Assembly: GCF_001194135.2 (NCBI RefSeq)
Contig: NC_068984.1
Location: 113,873,563 to 113,907,449, forward strand
DNA from: Octopus bimaculoides
Lineage: Eukaryota
Length of the DNA: 33,887 bases
Reading direction: 5' to 3'
Shown in pieces: positions 23,533-33,887 of this stretch. Position numbers and translations under genes: made by a program. Each line of letters begins with the position of its first letter. The first letter of the stretch is position 1. The notes under the pieces are model-generated. The model had not been told where the DNA came from and ran no database searches. It saw only the letters and a list, made by a program, of their open reading frames with translations.

Positions 23533-24650
23533 TGTGTGTGTGTGTCGTCGTCTAAGAATTAATTGGTTTCGGGCCAGATATAAAGTAAACGGATATTTAT
23601 CTAATAAACACGCTCTTCGGAATTGGCAGGTATGGAAAAATGGTGATTCCTCTATTAATGGATGTGAGAAAGTGTTAAATCTTACTAACAAGAGTTGTGG
23701 TAAGATCGGTTGTATTACATTTATAATACTCTATTCTTTGATTTTCTATATATGTGTGTGTGCGTGTATATATGTGTATGTATTAGTGATGTGTGTGCAT
23801 GTGTGTAAGTGTGCGTGTGTGTGTGTGTGTTGTTTTGCAACCATCATGTCAAAGTTGTGACATGTACGAATGTTTCTGCTTTGTTTTGTTTCTCTGTTTA
23901 AGAAAATATTGTACATACAGACATATTGTTTGAATCTATCGTAACGTTATAGTGTTGGCTAAAAAAAAAACTTGATAAATTCTATCGTAGAAGCACAACA
24001 AAGAAACTAAACGTTGTCAACATACTAGTAATTTGATATATCAACTTCGCCCATGTTTTTCATTTTTCGTTACGTATAGACATCTAGAAACAGTGTAACA
24101 ATGTGATTGGTTGTTTCTTCACAGTATCAATATCTTATGTAGTTAGCTTCATAAATGTCTTTCTAGTAGTTTCCAGTTATGAGGTTTTGGTCTTGCATCG
24201 CGATGAAAAAATCATTTCGCTTTCAGTGCTTTTGAATCCTGGGATTGTTAGATTGTACCTATTTATTTCCTTACTCATTCCCTTTCGGTCTTTTTCCTTT
24301 TTTTCCTTTTGCCGAATATTGATCATCTTTCTGTTTTAACATTCTCCTCAGTTTCTGCTTATATTTGTTAGCATCGCTGAAACAGAAATGTTTGTTTTGT
24401 TTTTGTTTTCGTTTCATAACTCGTAGCTCTGTTAGTTTTTTTATACCTCACCAGATCTTTATTTCTCATCCTACAATGGATACTTATAATCAGTTATATG
24501 CAACAGTATTAGGTAAAAATAGCTATCTCTGTAACATAATTTATATACAACGCTGAAGTAAATTTGCCGCAGTATTCGTATAGAGAGAATATCTCTGAAG
24601 GACGTATTGTGTTTAACAATACAACAACAATAATAACAATAATAATAATA

Positions 24651-24719
<69 letters not shown>
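24651..24719. repeat. (ATT)n microsatellite
   Basis: Pure ATT run; a second run starts at 24921 and continues into a gap. Confidence 0.97.
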
Positions 24720-24918
24720 GTTCAGTAGTTTTATTTTTATAACGTGCTTTCACTTCACTACCGAGCGCAGCTCTGTGCGCCTTGGGTATGTGCTGTGGTT
24801 TGCTGTGGTGCTCTTATGGTTACTGTATTGAAAGTGTTTTGCGTAGGATGTGTGCTGTGCCCAGTAGTGCAATTTTCTGTATGTTATATATATTTGTAAG
24901 TCCTGGTGTTTTTGTTAT

Positions 24919-24920
<2 letters not shown>
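24720..24920 (-). mobile_element. 5'-truncated R4/Dong-clade non-LTR retrotransposon 3' end
   Basis: Minus frame 24918-24820 reads ITKTPGLTNIYNIQKIALLGTAHILRKTLSIQ*, matching the QKxxxLGTAxILRxxL C-terminus I associate with R4/Dong/Rex6 elements. It is followed by a ~100-nt 3' UTR and flanked on both sides by (AAT)n. Confidence 0.8.
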
Positions 24921-24956
<36 letters not shown>

Positions 24957-25449
24957 NNNNNNNNNNNNNNNNNNNNNNNNNNNNNNNNNNNNNNNNNNNN
25001 NNNNNNNNNNNNNNNNNNNNNNNNNNNNNNNNNNNNNNNNNNNNNNNNNNNNNNNNNNNNNNNNNNNNNNNNNNNNNNNNNNNNNNNNNNNNNNNNNNNN
25101 NNNNNNNNNNNNNNNNNNNNNNNNNNNNNNNNNNNNNNNNNNNNNNNNNNNNNNNNNNNNNNNNNNNNNNNNNNNNNNNNNNNNNNNNNNNNNNNNNNNN
25201 NNNNNNNNNNNNNNNNNNNNNNNNNNNNNNNNNNNNNNNNNNNNNNNNNNNNNNNNNNNNNNNNNNNNNNNNNNNNNNNNNNNNNNNNNNNNNNNNNNNN
25301 NNNNNNNNNNNNNNNNNNNNNNNNNNNNNNNNNNNNNNNNNNNNNNNNNNNNNNNNNNNNNNNNNNNNNNNNNNNNNNNNNNNNNNNNNNNNNNNNNNNN
25401 NNNNNNNNNNNNNNNNNNNNNNNNNNNNNNNNNNNNNNNNNNNNNNNNN

Positions 25450-25480
<31 letters not shown>

Positions 25481-26159
25481 AGATTTTAAACAGAGCACGT
25501 TCATAAAAAATGTCACCCATCGAACACAGCAGTAGATTTACTTTTCACGACGTATTTACACTAAATATGGATACACAGATAGTTACATAATTTTTCTAAG
25601 TGTTCTTAGTAAATATAACCTTTTGTGTGTCAACTTTTGAGTGGTGTATTCTAAGTGAAATCATTATTTGCATTGTTTTTCTATCTAGTTATGCTAATTC
25701 ACTTAAATTCCTCTTGAGAGCAATTATAACAGAAACACATTACTATAATAGCTAGGCAATTTATCCCAATTTTAATTATTAATGTAATGTATAATAACCT
25801 TTTAACCAGCTAATTTATTCTCTCATTACATGTTTGGTACTTTATCTACTACATTGAATCTCAATAAATTATCAATGTAGTTTAGGACTGATTAATTACG
25901 GTGTCTTTATTTAATAAAGAATTACCGATTATTTTATTAGCTTTATTTTCGTCAATGGCTTAGCACATTTTATTCAAACTAAATTGCATCCGAATTTTCA
26001 TATTGAATCTGTGAACCATATATAACAGAGTTTTCATTTGTTAGTCATTTACGTTATACAGCTTTAATCCTCAAACCATCCATTTACATCTTCGCTGTTA
26101 TCCTATATATAGTGATGTGTCTGCATCCAATTCATTTATTTCCCTCTCCCCCTCTCTTC

Positions 26160-26191
<32 letters not shown>

Positions 26192-27455
26192 ATCTACTAG
26201 ACATGAACAAACGAAACGGCAACAAAACATTCTTGTGCTGATGCGCGAAACAATGGCTAAACCAAACTTGATACCAGTTCAAATATGTTTGAGAGATATT
26301 TGAATCCGTAAAGAGCTTTTCAGTGCAATTTGACGCAGAAAGAAAACTCTCGCTGGAGACTAAAAGGTGTAAAAACACCATTGTTAGTTCAAAGTGCATT
26401 CTATTGGACATTTGGGTACGTGTTTCGAACTAATTTTTTCTCATCAGTGCTAAATATCAAAAACGACAACTGACTAGAGAAACCTAGCTTCTCTCATTTA
26501 GAAATGCCAAAAATATTAACTGATTGTGTATATCGCCTGTTGGGACGATGTAAATTCGTGAGTAGATACATGAAGTAGTGACTGAAAGTAAATCAAACTT
26601 GATAACAGTTCAAATATGTCTGACATTTATTCAAATCCGTAAAAAATTTTCGCTGCAATTTGTAATGATCTCGTGGACGCTAACAAATATATAACAGAGA
26701 TTGCGGAGAATGCTAAAATAGTAAAATGGTCACTACTTGAAAAGATTTGGCAAAACGGAAATGAGTAAAGAAGCACTGTCTGACAATTTTTCATAACTGC
26801 TTGAATAAATATGGTAACGTCAGACAGAAACTATGTCGCTTCAAAAATTCCTCATCTCTATTTGTTTAGACTTGTGCAACACTTATTCAAGATGTGCTTG
26901 AAGTATTTACTTTATAGTGTTACTGCCTTATCCCAACTGATATTTCTAGAAACCACGAATGAAGAACAATGTACAAATCATTCTTAGACTCAGCTTTTAA
27001 TTTACTTAAATTCATTTTCTTCTAGAATCTTCAGTTTTGAATTAGCCGATTATATTTCCTCTTTAGATACGCATGAGCCTTCCGAGCTTCTTCTATTTTT
27101 CTAGTAACTTATAGGTCTTTTCTTCATTTTATGGTGAGCATTCTTTGGTGAACACTTTGTAATAATATTGATGTTTTCGTATTGATATAAGAATGTTACC
27201 TGCCATTTGAGGTTTCGTCTGTCTAGAGGATTAACAAATTTTCTTTATCATTAAACCATTCAAGTATTTATATTTGGCTCATTGAGAAAATCTTTAAATA
27301 AAGCTTGTTGTGTTCAAGTGAAACAGCATTGAATTGTAAATGTCATGTGTGTGTCATGCTAAACATATATACACCACTGACAGGCATAATGCTGTGGTTT
27401 TAGTCTGAGAGCAAACCTCTTCACGGAGATGTGTTAAAAAACACAATATAAATAA

Positions 27456-27594
27456 GAGTAGTAAGAAGTTTGCTTCCCAACTACATGGTTCCGGGTTCTG
27501 TCCCACAGCGTAGCACCTTGGGCAAATGCTTTTTATTATAGCCCCGGATTGACCAAAGCCTTGTGAGTGAATTTGGTAGGCGGAAACTGAAAGA
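27456..27594 (+). mobile_element. SINE family 1, 5' half (runs into gap)
   Basis: gtaagaagtttgcttcccaactacatggttccgggttctgtccc...gaccaaagccttgtgagtgaatttggtaggcggaaactgaaaga. Confidence 0.9.
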
Positions 27595-27695
27595 NNNNNN
27601 NNNNNNNNNNNNNNNNNNNNNNNNNNNNNNNNNNNNNNNNNNNNNNNNNNNNNNNNNNNNNNNNNNNNNNNNNNNNNNNNNNNNNNNNNNNNNNA

Positions 27696-29020
27696 TATCA
27701 ACTAGTAGACACTGTATAGCCTGGATCAGAATGTGGTTTGTGTGGTGGTCGTGGAACAATTGACATGATATTCGCTTCACACTAGGAGAAGGTCGGAGAG
27801 CAGAACCAAGATCTATATATGGTCTTTGTTGATTTAACGATAAACCGTGAAGCCTTCAAGAAAGTCATGCGCGAGTTTGGCTGCTCGAAAAAAATGGTCA
27901 GAGTAAGAAGCTCATTTCACATTGATATGAGAGCCTCCGTGAATTAAGGTGATTCGGTTTCAGACACTTTTCCTGTAAAAAAAATGGAGCCAAGCAGAGC
28001 TGTGTAATGGTCCCCGACTTGCTTGCAATAAACTTTTCAGCCATATTGCAAGCTACATTCAGAGATGTTGACAAAGTATTCAAATCCAATTTAGGACAGA
28101 CGGGAAGATTTCCAATCTGCAACAACTCAGAGCCAGAATCAAAGTCAGAAAAGAACTTCTAGATTTCATAACTGCAGACGACTGTACTATGATAGCTCTC
28201 TCTCTCTCTCTCTCTTTCTCTCTCTGCTGGACTGTTTTGTTAATGCCTTCAAATCCTCTGGCTTTATAATCTGCTTCAGGTAAACTCAGATCTTACACCA
28301 AACAAACACCTGGAAAACCAAAACAAGATCTTATTGTCATGATGGAAAATGTCACTCTAAAAAATGATGTGTCAAAATTTTGTTACCTGAAAAACATCCT
28401 GTCGAAGACAATGAGATCACCCAGTGATTGTCAAAGGCAAGCTCAGTTTTCGGGGGACTTCAGTTCGTGTTGTAGGGAGATCATGGAAACTGATTGTAGC
28501 AGTGTAGCAGGCGCTAAATAAAATGGCTAAGGTTCATTCCATCTCCACTACCTTCGTTCAATTTGCAACATTAAGTGGCAAGACAAAGTCCTCGCATAGT
28601 TTTTTGCAAGATGTGACATACTAGGCATAGATAGTCTCTATATAGCTGAGGTGGGTTGGTCATGTGAAACGCGTAGAAGAGACTTGCTAATCTAAATTCA
28701 TCTTCTACGATCAAATTAGCAGAAGCATCAGGGACCAATACCGCCCGCTGCTCTGTTTTAAGGACACTCTAAAGACTCGTTTGAAAACCTACAAGATAAA
28801 CCTAAAGATATGGGAATCGGAAACACTGAATAGAGCTCAGTGGAGAATCTCCTACCATCTCCCGTTTTGAAGTAACCCGGATCAATACTCTGAAGGAGAA
28901 AAGAGCGTAACGTAGCGTCAGGCTTAATTTACCTCCGTATGACGGTGACCCCTACTGCAACGTCTGCAACTTGATCTGCTGGTCCTAGATAGGTATGAAT
29001 CTCCGTATGAGACGACACTG
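27696..29020 (+). mobile_element. decayed RTE-clade LINE, RT domain to C-terminus
   Basis: Interrupted frames give SECGLCGGRGTIDMIFA..EQNQDLYMVFVDLT, NGAKQSCV, ADDC (28174-28185), SKFCYL, RWVGHVKR, FKDTLK, WESETLNRAQWR and CNVC..IGMNLRMRRH. These motifs occur in RTE/BovB-like ORF2 order. Confidence 0.88.
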
Positions 29021-29112
29021 TACATCGGTGTCCGTCGGAGTAACAAGTGAGACCACCGCATGTATGTGTATGCGTGTGGTGTCTGTGTGTGTACAGAAGA
29101 AAAGAGAGAGAA

Positions 29113-29148
29113 ATAGCTAGCTAGCAAGATAGCTAGCTAGCTAGATAG

Positions 29149-29229
<81 letters not shown>
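29113..29229. repeat. compound (TAGC)n-(TAGA)n-(GA)n microsatellite
   Basis: Directly visible; runs into a gap. Confidence 0.95.
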
Positions 29230-29807
29230 NNNNNNNNNNNNNNNNNNNNNNNNNNNNNNNNNNNNNNNNNNNNNNNNNNNNNNNNNNNNNNNNNNNNNNN
29301 NNNNNNNNNNNNNNNNNNNNNNNNNNNNNNNNNNNNNNNNNNNNNNNNNNNNNNNNNNNNNNNNNNNNNNNNNNNNNNNNNNNNNNNNNNNNNNNNNNNN
29401 NNNNNNNNNNNNNNNNNNNNNNNNNNNNNNNNNNNNNNNNNNNNNNNNNNNNNNNNNNNNNNNNNNNNNNNNNNNNNNNNNNNNNNNNNNNNNNNNNNNN
29501 NNNNNNNNNNNNNNNNNNNNNNNNNNNNNNNNNNNNNNNNNNNNNNNNNNNNNNNNNNNNNNNNNNNNNNNNNNNNNNNNNNNNNNNNNNNNNNNNNNNN
29601 NNNNNNNNNNNNNNNNNNNNNNNNNNNNNNNNNNNNNNNNNNAATATAGTTTGATCAAAATATCGTTTTCAATTTTCTTTTATTATCGAAGATTTGAAAT
29701 ACACGATTCAATTAGAAAAACTAGATTTTATTTACTGCCAGACAAGTTTTTAACGTCTTAAATTTGTATCCCTCTTCTTCTGCTGTTTCCTTACAACACT
29801 CTCTCTC

Positions 29808-29863
<56 letters not shown>

Positions 29864-30335
29864 CACCACCTTTATTGAAATGCTTTCATTAAAAATAAGT
29901 GATAATTTTTGTTTTGGATACTCAGACAATACTAATAAAAGATATCAGTATTACTTAGGGATTTTTCATTTCAAGCAACGTGTCTACACGAAATCTGTCG
30001 GCTCCAATATAAAGGAAAAAGTGAATAATACATTCACTAAAATTAGGAGTAGCTATCGGGTTGAATAAAAACTTGGTGCACCATTAACCTGACAAGACTC
30101 AAGAAAATCGAAATGCATCTGATGTTCTCGTTAACCACTGCAGAAACGATACATGTGTTTTTAACACACCACGCCTGTAAGAGATTTTCTCTCGGACGAA
30201 AACTATAGTATCGTGCCTGTTTATACGTTGACTATGATACCTAGATGACCATTTTAATACAATACTGTTTCAATTGCGTACACCTTTATACGAGACATAT
30301 AGACACACACACTTGCACATACATACATACATACA

Positions 30336-30367
<32 letters not shown>

Positions 30368-30395
30368 AATATGTATGTATGTGTGTATGTATGTA

Positions 30396-32208
30396 CAGCT
30401 GTGGAAAAAAGTTTAGCACCATCCATGTTTTCTAGTGTTTTCCAGATGTGGAAGACCAAGTGTTTTTACTTCACATCTGACGAGAACGGTTAAACGTTTG
30501 GTTGCCCCTAGATACTCGGCTAACATCTGGTATCCTTGTTATTACTGCTAACGATAAAACTTACTTAGTGTTGTTTAAATAGACAACAGTTTTATCCTCG
30601 ATTTTGTTTACAAATTTTGCAGATAATGTTAATAATGTGCGGTATTCAGGTTAATGTTGTGTTTTGTCTGGTAATTACCTGCTTTCATGTAAATTGCATT
30701 CTTGTCCCAGTTGTATTTGTAAACTTTTCTTTCGTAGCTATTGCTAGTTTTTAACACTTTTGCTTCAGAGCGTTGCACGAATAGCTTGTTCGTTTTTTTA
30801 TAGATTTTTGCCTGTACATTTTACATCTGTGCAACTTTTACAAAGAATACTGTGGGCACTGCATTGTATAGGTACAGTACAAGCGCGTGAGCTTTTCTTT
30901 GCTATACAGCAATTATATCTCTTTTTTGTATATTATTCCTTAATAGTTTAAACCCTTTTGCATATATCTATTATCTTTTTGCACCATGCTTTTTGCACCT
31001 TACCTTTTGCACCATGCTTTTGCCCCATGCTTTTATTTTGCAGAATGGAACGGAATAGTGGATTTCGTGTACAAATCATTGCTCTTCATAGTGAAAGATT
31101 ATCATGCCAAGTCATAACCTCTCGACTAAAATGTCACCATACTACAGTTGTTAGAACAATTAAAAGGCATGCTGAACAAGAAAACTTTGAATGCAGATCC
31201 AGAGGGGGAAAACCAAGTGTTTTTACTTCACATCTGACGAGAACAGTCAAACGTTTGGTTGCCGTAGATCCTCGGCTAGCATCTGCTGTTATCCGAAAAC
31301 ATCTGCCTGAGTGCAGCAACTAGATCACAGATAATAAGTTGCCAACTACCAGAACAATTCGGAATTTGTTGTGTAGGAAACTGAAACTGCGTGCCAGACG
31401 GCCAACTCGAAAACCACTATTGAATGGACGAAAGTACTGCAAGTGGAGAGTTGATCAATGGAAGCAAGTTCTCTTTTCAGATGAATGCACATTCCTGCAA
31501 TTTGGGGCGTGTGTTATTTGGGTTCGTAGACCAGTTAACTGTCGTTTTGTGCCCAAATACACCGTCTCTACGATGAAGCAGCTTGCCAGCATAATTTTTG
31601 GGGTTGTTTTAGCTGGTATGGACGTGGAAGATTTTAATTTCTACCCAAGGGAAAAACTGTCAATTCCAAGGTCTATCAAGAAATCATGGAAGAAAAATTG
31701 CTTCCATGTATGGAGAGTCACCAGACGACCATTTTCCGGCAAGATAATGCTCCTTGTCACTCCTCTAAAGCAATGAAAGCGTTCTTCCTCCGAGAAAAGA
31801 TCAGTGTTATGGAATGGCCCGGCAAGAGTCCGGACATCAACCCCATTGAAAACCTTTGGTTGATTATGAAGAAGAAAGTTTCTTCTAAACATCCCCAAAA
31901 CGTTGAAGAATTGAAGATATCCATAAACGAAATGTGCGTCAAAGAAATTGATCAGAATGTTTGTCGTAGTATGGTATAGAGTCTGCCGACACGTCTGGAG
32001 GGAATTATACGAAACAAAGGCTACAGTTCCAGATACTGACATGTCTAGGATTTGTACTTGCAGTAACGTTTTTTGTGTCATTCATTCATGGTGCTAGCTT
32101 TATATATGCAGAAATGTTTGATTTCGTGATAAAATGAAATGATTTATGTCTTGTGTTAAGTACTTTTACTGAAAATTAAAGGTGATGCTAAACTTTTTTC
32201 CACAGCTG
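30396..32208 (+). mobile_element. full-length Tc1-family DNA transposon (1813 bp), inactivated
   Basis: 23-bp perfect TIR cagctgtggaaaaaagtttagca (30396-30418; reverse complement at 32186-32208), TA duplication at 30394-30395 and 32209-32210, internal transposase. Confidence 0.95.
31045..32039 (+). pseudogene. Tc1-type DD34E transposase pseudogene
   Basis: MERNSGFR..HTH..RSRGGKP..ARRPTRKPLL..WKQVLFSDE..WGCFSWYGRG..FRQDNAPCH-(34 aa spacing)-SPDINPIE..GYSSRY*. Stops at 31321, 31635 and 31977; frameshift near 31595. Confidence 0.93.
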
Positions 32209-32219
32209 TATGTATGTAT

Positions 32220-32688
32220 GTGGCTGTGTGGTAAGAAGATTGTTTCCCAACCACATGGTTCCGGGTTCAGTCCCATTGCGTGGCAACTTGGGCTTCGAAT
32301 CAACCAAAGCCTTGTTAATAGATTTGGTAGACGGAAACTGTACGAAGGCCGTTGTATATGTGTATATATATGTGTGGGTGTGTGGGTGTATGTGTGTGTG
32401 TCTGTGTTTGTCTGTTTGTGTGTGTGTCTGTGAGTCTGTGTCTGTGTTTCTGTGTGTGTGTCTGTGTGTGTGTCTATGTGTCTGTATGTGTGTGTATGTG
32501 TGTTTTCGTGCATGTGTATGTGTCTGTCCCCCACTACCGCTCGACAACCGGTGTTGATGTGTTTACGTCCCCGTAACTTAGCGGTTCGGCCAAAAAGTAC
32601 TGGGGTCGATTCATTCGACTAAAAACTCTTCAAAGCGGTGCCCTGGCATGGCCGCAGTCTAATGACTGGAACAAGTAAAAGATAAAAG
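32220..32688 (+). mobile_element. SINE family 1, near full-length
   Basis: tggctgtgtggtaagaag...gggttcagtccc, expanded internal (TG)-rich tract, tail gcatggccgcagtctaatgactggaacaagtaaaaga. Confidence 0.9.
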
Positions 32689-32712
32689 AGAGAGTGAGAG
32701 ATGGAGAGGGGC

Positions 32713-32755
<43 letters not shown>

Positions 32756-32757
32756 AA
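32713..32757. repeat. (AAAG)n microsatellite
   Basis: Pure AGAA run. Confidence 0.95.
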
Positions 32758-33887
32758 CGGAGAGACACTATTAAAGAGTAACAGGAACGCCAGAGCCAGC
32801 TTGTTCGTCAACTTCATTCGTCAAAACAGCCGATCGTGTTTATACGTTACAGATTCATCCATCGGAGCTGTTGTCTACATCATTATTGCGTCCTGTGTTT
32901 AACATTAACAAGATTCACGTCACACATCATTCCGAAAACACATGACATGTATGTTATTTGTTTGTTAATTTGACTGTTTGTTTACAATATTTTTATTGTT
33001 TTGTTTCCCTTCCTTCGGACATATTGGACACAATACAATTATAATGCCAATGGTCTTCATAGACACAATCAATAAAACTTCGGTCGTGCCGTTTGTTACT
33101 TTTTTTTTTTTGCGGGTATTTTTTAGGTTTTTCATTTTTCGTCATCCATTTCCGTTTTTTTTTCGTTTTTTTACTCCATTATTTATTTTGTGGTTTGTTC
33201 GTTTGTTGTTGTTGTCGTTGTCGTTTCCATAGGCAAATAACATTAGATTGTTTTGCATTGTAAGAAGCGGCGAAGCGAATTTGACTATTGATTTCTTAGT
33301 GAAGCAGAAGGCACATATCTTCAGAGTTATTGGACTGAGTACATTGGGGATATAAATGAAGTGAAATAACTATACTTGAGACTTTGAAGTGCACATAGAT
33401 TCATAATATCACACAAAATAGCTTTCAGAAGTAAAAAAAAAAAAAAAGAAAAACAGAATAGTAAATAAGTAATAAAAAAAAATGCTCGAACTCCGGTTGA
33501 TAGAGAAGAGGAAAATGAGCTTATCGTACAATCATGCCCTTTTTTGAGGCCATCTTTCATCTATGTTAAATGAAAAAGCAGGTATATATACGTATGCATT
33601 TATATATGTATATATATATATACATAGGTATATGCGTGTGCAGGTGTGTGTGTGAGAGTGCGCACGCGTTTGTGTATGCGCGTGTGTGTGAGCATGTGCA
33701 CCTTTCCATACATACATACATACAAACACACATACATACATACATACATACATGCATACATACATACATGTATGTATGTAATGCCGAAAGCTTGATTTTT
33801 ATTGTCACATAAAATCGTTTATAGCAAATCTCTTTATAAAGCAATATTCTTCGTTGGCTCCGAAAATAGTCTTCATTTGATATATAT

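Noticed and set aside
22576-23709. 12-bp inverted repeat ccgatcttacca / tggtaagatcgg flanking the palindrome and gap
   Set aside because: A single 12-mer inverted match at this distance is near chance expectation for a window this size, and it neither extends nor shows a TSD.
27050-27300. Minus-strand YYYKVFTKE resembling the CR1 'SVFTKE' motif
   Set aside because: It is one short motif amid stops, which is insufficient to call a LINE.
32978-33260. Phe-rich ORF and strong plus-strand acceptor (gtttccatag|G at 33232)
   Set aside because: The ORF reflects T-rich composition, and no convincing donor or open frame pairs with the acceptor within the window.
407-33844. Dozens of ORFs rich in YI, CV, HT, SL, ER repeats or X runs
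   Set aside because: They are translations of (TA), (TG), (CA), (CT) microsatellites and N gaps, not genes.

Overview
AT-rich animal (metazoan) genomic DNA from a gapped short-read scaffold: 11 N-runs totalling about 3.9 kb, most abutting microsatellites. The two tRNA-like SINE families and the microsatellite density resemble what I recall of octopus (coleoid cephalopod) genomes; that assignment is an inference. I find no intact protein-coding gene, and nearly every ORF in the supplied track is a microsatellite or gap artefact. Supported content: a full-length but inactivated Tc1-family (DD34E) transposon (30396-32208, 23-bp perfect TIRs, TA TSD); a decayed RTE-clade LINE; a 5'-truncated R4/Dong-clade LINE end sitting in a (TAA)n tract; an inverted pair of mariner 5' ends; many SINE copies, including a fold-back pair; a HINE/DINE-1-like element; and a minisatellite with exact 93-74-74 higher-order periodicity. 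Weaker signals are isolated minus-strand splice sites suggesting a non-coding or UTR multi-exon transcript, and several degenerate hammerhead-like RNA motifs. I cannot show a new biological system from sequence alone. The best leads are the microsatellite-targeted R4 element, the SINE fold-back (possible ADAR substrate), the structured-RNA motifs and the 57-nt exon.
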